A stretch of 64,000 nucleotides of DNA from Anaeromyxobacteraceae bacterium (GTDB lineage Bacteria > Myxococcota > Myxococcia > Myxococcales > Anaeromyxobacteraceae). The notes under the pieces are model-generated. The model ran no database searches and had not been told where the DNA came from. It saw nothing but the letters and a program-made list of their open reading frames with translations. Made by a program: the position numbers and the translations under genes. Shown here in pieces: positions 62,236 through 64,000 of this stretch (its first letter is position 1; each line of letters opens with the position of its first letter). The stretch covers positions 1,312,001 to 1,376,000 of the forward strand of contig JASGHJ010000001.1 in assembly GCA_047602405.1 (NCBI GenBank), written 5' to 3'.

Positions 62236-64000
62236 GCAGCGGGCACCGTGCCGCTGGCTGCGTCTCCGGAGCCCCCGCCTCCGGGCGCCGTGCTTCCAGG
62301 GACGGCGCCGCCCTCGCCCGCCGGGCCCCGGAGCGCCCGCAGGATCTCCGCGGCGCGCCGCCCGGCGAGCGCGTCGCCGTCGGCGAGCGGCCGGTCGTCG
62401 AGGTCGGTGATCTGCGAGCCCGCGCCCGCGAGCATGCGGACCTTGAGGTCCCGGCCCACGAGCGCGTGGCGGGGCTCCCACCCGACCGTCGAGAGCACGA
62501 ACCGGTCCGGGTGCCGCTCCACGTCCAGCATCGAGATGCCGTCCGACCACCGCGACGGCGGGTTCCCGTCGCCCATCAGGGAGAGCAGCGTCGGCGCGAT
62601 GTCGGCGTGCCCGGTGGGCAGCGCGTGCACGCCCCTCGGGATGCCCGGGCCGGCGATGAAGGCGGGCACCTGGATCTGCTCGCGGGTCACGTCCGAGCCG
62701 TGGCCGAGGTGCCCCTTCTCGCGGAACTCCTCGCCGTGGTCGCCGGTGAAGAGCACGATCGGCTCGCGGCCGCGGTGCTCCGCCACCTCGCGCAGCAGCC
62801 CGTCGAGCTTGCGGTCGAGGGCGTGCGCCGCGTTCCGGGCGCGGTTGCGGATCGCCTCCGACGTCGCCTTCGAGCCGGTGAAGTCGCCCTGGCCGTCCCA
62901 CTCCGGCACGTGGACCACGTCCTCGGCGTCGCGGACGTACTTGAAGTGGGTGCCGTAGAGGAAGACGAACAGGAAGTAGGGCCGGCGGGGGTCGGAGCGC
63001 TGGATGAGCTCGTGCGCGCGCGCGAGCAGGAGCGCGTCGCGGTCCGGCGCGTCGTCGCACCAGGTCTCGACCGGCACGCTCGCGAAGACGGTGGTCTTGA
63101 GGTCCATCCAGTCGACGCAGGACGAGGAGAGGACCTGCACGTCGTAGCCGGCGTGCTGGAGCGCCTCGAAGAGGAGCGGCCGGCGGCCGGAGCCCACGGT
63201 GCCGGACAGCTTCGTCGCCTGGAGCCCGTAGACGATCGAGAAGACCGTGTGGTTCGTGCCGGAGGCCGCCGCGACGTGCAGGTCGAAGCGCGAGCCCTGC
63301 TCCGAGCGCGCCCACATCCTCGGCATGGTCGCGGCGTCGAAGTGCGTCGCCGGCAGGCTCTCCGCGAGCGCCAGCACCACGTCCGGCGTGCGGGTGATCC
63401 TCACCTGCTCCACCGGGAGGAGCGGCGGCAGGCGCTTCGAGGCGCGCTCGTCGGCGTACGGGTCCTTCACCGAGCGGCCGAGCGCTCGCATGACGAGCTT
63501 CTGCATCGAGAGCGGGACCTGCAGCGGCAGGGTCTGGGAGGCCTCCGCGACGGCCTGCCCGCCGAAGACCACCAGCACCGCGCCGTAGACGCGCTCGGCG
63601 GCCACGAGGAGCACGAGCGCGAGCGCGAGCCGCCAGGGGCGGCCGGCGGGGCGCGCGAAGCGGCGGAGGAACCACGCCCCCACGGCGAGCTCGAGGAGCA
63701 CGATGGCGGCGGCGGTGCCGAGGAAGGCGGCCACCACGCCCCCGGGGATGCCGACCTCCGCGAGCGCGTTCGGCTGCAGCGCGACGCGCAGGAAGAAGCC
63801 GTTCAGGTGGAACCGGGTCGCCTCGTAGACGCGGGCGTCGAGCAGGATCCCCACCGTGAAGAGCCCCGCCAGGCCCGGGGCGGCGAGCCGGTAGAGGCGC
63901 GGGAAGGGGGCGAGGGGTAGGGAGAGCGCCCACGCGGCGAGGGCGAGGAAGATCGCGCCCGGCACGAAGATCGGCCAGACCGCCGGGCGGAACGGCTCGG
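62214..64000 (-). CDS. membrane-anchored sulfatase/alkaline-phosphatase-superfamily protein (YejM/PbgA-like); 5' end off the window
   Basis: N-terminal TMs with RFHLNGF, then ESL, SGTNHTVFSIVYG, THFKY, TGDHGEEF..GH and HADIAPTL. The frame stays open to the window edge. Confidence 0.8.
   Translation of the reverse strand, partial: EPFRPAVWPIFVPGAIFLALAAWALSLPLAPFPRLYRLAAPGLAGLFTVGILLDARVYEATRFHLNGFFLRVALQPNALAEVGIPGGVVAAFLGTAAAIVLLELAVGAWFLRRFARPAGRPWRLALALVLLVAAERVYGAVLVVFGGQAVAEASQTLPLQVPLSMQKLVMRALGRSVKDPYADERASKRLPPLLPVEQVRITRTPDVVLALAESLPATHFDAATMPRMWARSEQGSRFDLHVAAASGTNHTVFSIVYGLQATKLSGTVGSGRRPLLFEALQHAGYDVQVLSSSCVDWMDLKTTVFASVPVETWCDDAPDRDALLLARAHELIQRSDPRRPYFLFVFLYGTHFKYVRDAEDVVHVPEWDGQGDFTGSKATSEAIRNRARNAAHALDRKLDGLLREVAEHRGREPIVLFTGDHGEEFREKGHLGHGSDVTREQIQVPAFIAGPGIPRGVHALPTGHADIAPTLLSLMGDGNPPSRWSDGISMLDVERHPDRFVLSTVGWEPRHALVGRDLKVRMLAGAGSQITDLDDRPLADGDALAGRRAAEILRALRGPAGEGGAVPGSTAPGGGGSGDAASGTVPAAQAAGGK

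Overview
Very GC-rich, gene-dense bacterial chromosome segment. Gene content and order suggest Myxococcota, Anaeromyxobacter-like (inference). Left part: partial Ser/Thr kinase, dinB, a Kelch-repeat lipoprotein, two tandem LysR regulators, an outer-membrane protein, an Ig-like/propeller lipoprotein, a nucleotidyltransferase + metallophosphoesterase pair, a receiver and a DHH gene. Middle: a core block (hprK-rapZ-mannose-type PTS IIA/B/C/D-ptsH-ptsI-orf-metK-Rieske-sahR-ahcY-uppP-manC-PMM/PGM-ROK), an unannotated 21-aa Lys-rich micropeptide with its own promoter, RBS and terminator upstream of an NFACT/RqcH gene, a SprT-like gene and tamA/tamB. Right part: a 1754-aa lipoprotein, a DUF222-like HNH nuclease with a DNA-damage-type promoter, DCC/GT87/DedA/transglutaminase genes, an M20 peptidase with argC-argB, a beta-propeller sensor kinase with a NarL-type regulator and a receiver, and a partial YejM-like sulfatase. 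Two families of palindromic REP-like elements occur, one as a 3x75-bp tandem and one nested. All eight apparent frameshifts lie in or next to GATC, which points to methylation-linked sequencing errors rather than pseudogenes. No CRISPR array, rRNA or tRNA was seen.
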